Origin: Selaginella moellendorffii
Taxonomy: Eukaryota; Plantae; Lycopodiophyta
Direction of reading: 5' to 3'
DNA length: 64,000 bases
Assembly: GCF_000143415.4 (NCBI RefSeq)
Contig: NW_003314379.1
Coordinates: 124,001 to 188,000, forward strand
The notes under the pieces are model-generated. The model searched no databases. It saw only the letters and a list, made by a program, of their open reading frames with translations, and was not told the DNA's origin. How positions within the stretch are numbered: the stretch's first letter is position 1; every line of letters begins with the position of its first letter. The translations under genes and the position numbers were made by a program. Shown one piece after another: positions 62,353 to 64,000 of this stretch.

Positions 62353-63974
62353 ATGGCGAGTGATTTTGTTTTGGTTGTTGCGGCAGCACTATCGATCGCT
62401 GCTGTGCTATGGAAGCTATGGAAGAGTAGAATTAAATCGTCTCTTCTTCCCCCAGGTCCCATTGGGCTTCCACTGATCGGCCATCTCCACTTGCTCTTTG
62501 CAAATCCTCCACACACCGTGCTCCAGAGGCTGTCGGCTCGCCATGGACCGATCATGTCACTGCGATTCGGGCATGTGCCAGTGGTTGTCGTCTCCAGCCC
62601 AGCAGCCGCCAAGGAGTTCCTCAAGACCCACGACGCCGCCTTTGCGTCTCGCCCGCCGAGCGCCGCCGGGAGGATCATCGTCCACTACAACGCCGACATC
62701 GTTTTCGCCCCCTATGGCGACTCGTGGAGGCACTTGCGCAAGATCGCGACACTGGAACTCCTCACAGCTCGCCGGATTGACATGTTTCGGGGCGCGAGAA
62801 TGGAAGAAGTAAGATCCATGTGCCGATCGCTACTAGTAGCGGACGATCGCGAGACGGGGATCGTGGATGTTCGTGGGCGACTGACGGCGCTCACCTTCAA
62901 TCTCATCACTTTTATGCTCATGGGCAAGTGCTACTTTGGCAAGGACACGGAGAACGAGGAGGGGGCAAAAAAGTTTTTGGAGGTAATTGCAAGCATATTT
63001 GAGGTATGTGGAGACTTTCCACTTGGGGATTACTTCCCATGGCTTCCCAAGTTCTTGGATCCAACAGAACGTCGTATGCATTCCTTAGCTAAATCCTTTC
63101 ATGAATTCCTTAGTGATAATATCACTGAACACGAGAACAAGAAAAACAACAGTGAAAAGAATAACATTGACAAAGATTTCTTGGACATCCTCCTCTCTCT
63201 GAGAGACAATGGTAACGAGCATCTACAAAACAAAAACATCATAAGTATCATGACGGTAAGAAAAAGAATTCGATCAATCAGTCTCATCACTTGAGATCTT
63301 TTTCTTGGCAGAACTTGGTCACAGCTGGAACCGACACCTCAGCAGTGACACTCGAGTGGGCGATGGCTGAGTCGATCAAAAACCCCACCATCGCTGCCAA
63401 AGCCCGAGAAGAAATCGAGCTAGTTCTCGGTGAGAAGTGGAGGACGAAGATGGTGGAAGAGCCTGATCTTTCACAGCTAACTTATCTCCAAGCCATCGTC
63501 AAGGAGACACTCCGGCTGCATCCTGCGGGACCGCTGCTGGTCCCCCACCAATCCACCGAGGCGGTTAGCAATGTAATGGGGTACCATGTACCGCGCGGCA
63601 CGACGGTGCTCATCAACGCCTACACCATCGCCAGAGACTCTACCGCCTGGGGCGACGACGCGCTGCTCTTCCGGCCCGAGAGATTCCTTGGCACGGATCT
63701 GGACATCCGGGGCAGGGACTTCGAGGCGGTGCCGTTTGGATCGGGGCGGCGGCAATGCCCGGGAATGGCACTGGCGCTCACCACTGTCCATCTCACGCTC
63801 GCCAACCTCCTCCATGGATTCGAGTGGAGAGAGCCCAGCGGTGAGAGCATCGACACGAGCAAGGAGCAGTATGGATTGACGCTGCTCTTGGCAAAGAAGC
63901 TCCGACTAATCGCCACCCCACGGCTAGAACAAGGTACCTTAAAGCTCCGATCCAAAGAAAGCTTGGAAGAATAG
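62353..63974 (+). CDS. Cytochrome P450, CYP71 clan (A-type); exons 62353-63255 and 63312-63974
   Basis: TM anchor, PPGP, WRHLR, AGTDT, KETLR, PERF, PFGSGRRQCPG; one intron at the conserved A-type position. Confidence 0.93.
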
Positions 63975-64000
63975 CTTCCTTGATAAACCATGAATAAGAA

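Noticed and set aside
10084-63974. Metabolic gene cluster (CYP74, NLP1, clan-71 P450, CBR)
   Set aside because: The enzymes belong to unrelated pathways and are interspersed with housekeeping genes.

Overview
Eukaryotic land-plant genomic DNA. The very short introns (~50-60 bp), tiny intergenic spaces, 31-aa (SS-type) PPR array and CVNH gene point to a lycophyte, probably Selaginella; this is inference. (1) 1-20.3 kb is gene-dense: PPR, MAK16, cytochrome b5 reductase, Cpn60 alpha, a CVNH-like secreted protein, DUF1475-like membrane protein, CYP74, COBRA-like, TL29/APX4, F-box, CMSS1 and N-carbamoylputrescine amidase. (2) 20.3-60 kb holds two diverged copies of an AT-rich cassette with an S-protein-homologue (SPH) gene, bracketing a ~30 kb nest of LTR elements that target-site duplications (TSDs) resolve: a decayed Gypsy; an LTR family with PPT-like junctions at both internal ends; two oppositely oriented LARD-like elements with minisatellite LTRs; and a complete 5S-rRNA-carrying Cassandra-type TRIM. 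There is an N gap at 49840-50470. (3) 60.6-64 kb holds PP7 (1-nt frameshift) and a clan-71 P450. Best leads: the symmetric 'two 3-prime ends, no PBS' LTR family, the Cassandra element, and a PPR ORF in frame behind the single MAK16 stop codon.
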